Position numbers and translations under genes: made by a program | The notes under the pieces: model-generated | What the model was told of the DNA's origin: nothing | What the model saw: only the letters and a program-made list of their open reading frames with translations | Databases searched by the model: none | In this document: positions 63,854-64,000 of the stretch, piece by piece | Layout of the letters: every line of letters starts with the position of its first letter | Numbering within the stretch: position 1 is the stretch's first letter | NCBI GenBank assembly: GCA_043228905.1 | Contig: JBHGNT010000002.1 | Span: 17,732,001-17,796,000, forward strand | Origin: Azolla caroliniana | Taxonomy: Eukaryota; Plantae; Polypodiophyta | Direction: 5' to 3' | DNA length: 64,000 nucleotides

Positions 63854-64000
63854 GTATTCTCCTTTGTGATTATTTCAGCTAATGTCTTGTCCAGAGATGG
63901 TTTGTTTTGGTGGGGTAATCTAGATTTAGATCTTTAATGGCATCATTTTGCTCAAATGCTCATGATTCATGATTGAAATGATGCAAATCAGCTGGGGCAC

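Overview
A eukaryotic, transposon-dense 64-kb window. It is most likely from a seedless land plant such as a fern (inference from the intronless PAL and the TE lineages). Two host genes are supported: an intact intronless phenylalanine ammonia-lyase (36685-38886, -) and the first four exons of a plastid-targeted SixA-like histidine phosphatase (60776->63853, +). Most of the rest is nested, mostly decayed retroelements: at least seven Ty1/copia copies, a gypsy integrase fragment, two GC-rich LTR elements (the complete one gag-only and tRNA-Trp-primed), a near-intact LINE and a decayed LINE copy. Two things stand out. (1) At 5442-15055, a spliced, now pseudogenised gene fuses a ParB-like domain to a prokaryote-type beta-class amino (N6-adenine/N4-cytosine) DNA methyltransferase. 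It has the DIPY and F-S-G-T-x-T motifs and four phase-consistent GT-AG introns. It lies head-to-head with a spliced Sola2-like transposase, with five 16-bp palindromes between them and a ~147-bp satellite inside the transposase intron. (2) Two non-autonomous LTR elements (6711-8777, 30923-33567) have an 11-nt PBS complementary to their own predicted 5' end (Tf1-type self-priming). Their LTRs carry an antisense tRNA-like A/B-box module, and their interiors are arrays of bulged hairpins. All calls come from manual reading and translation; no searches were run.
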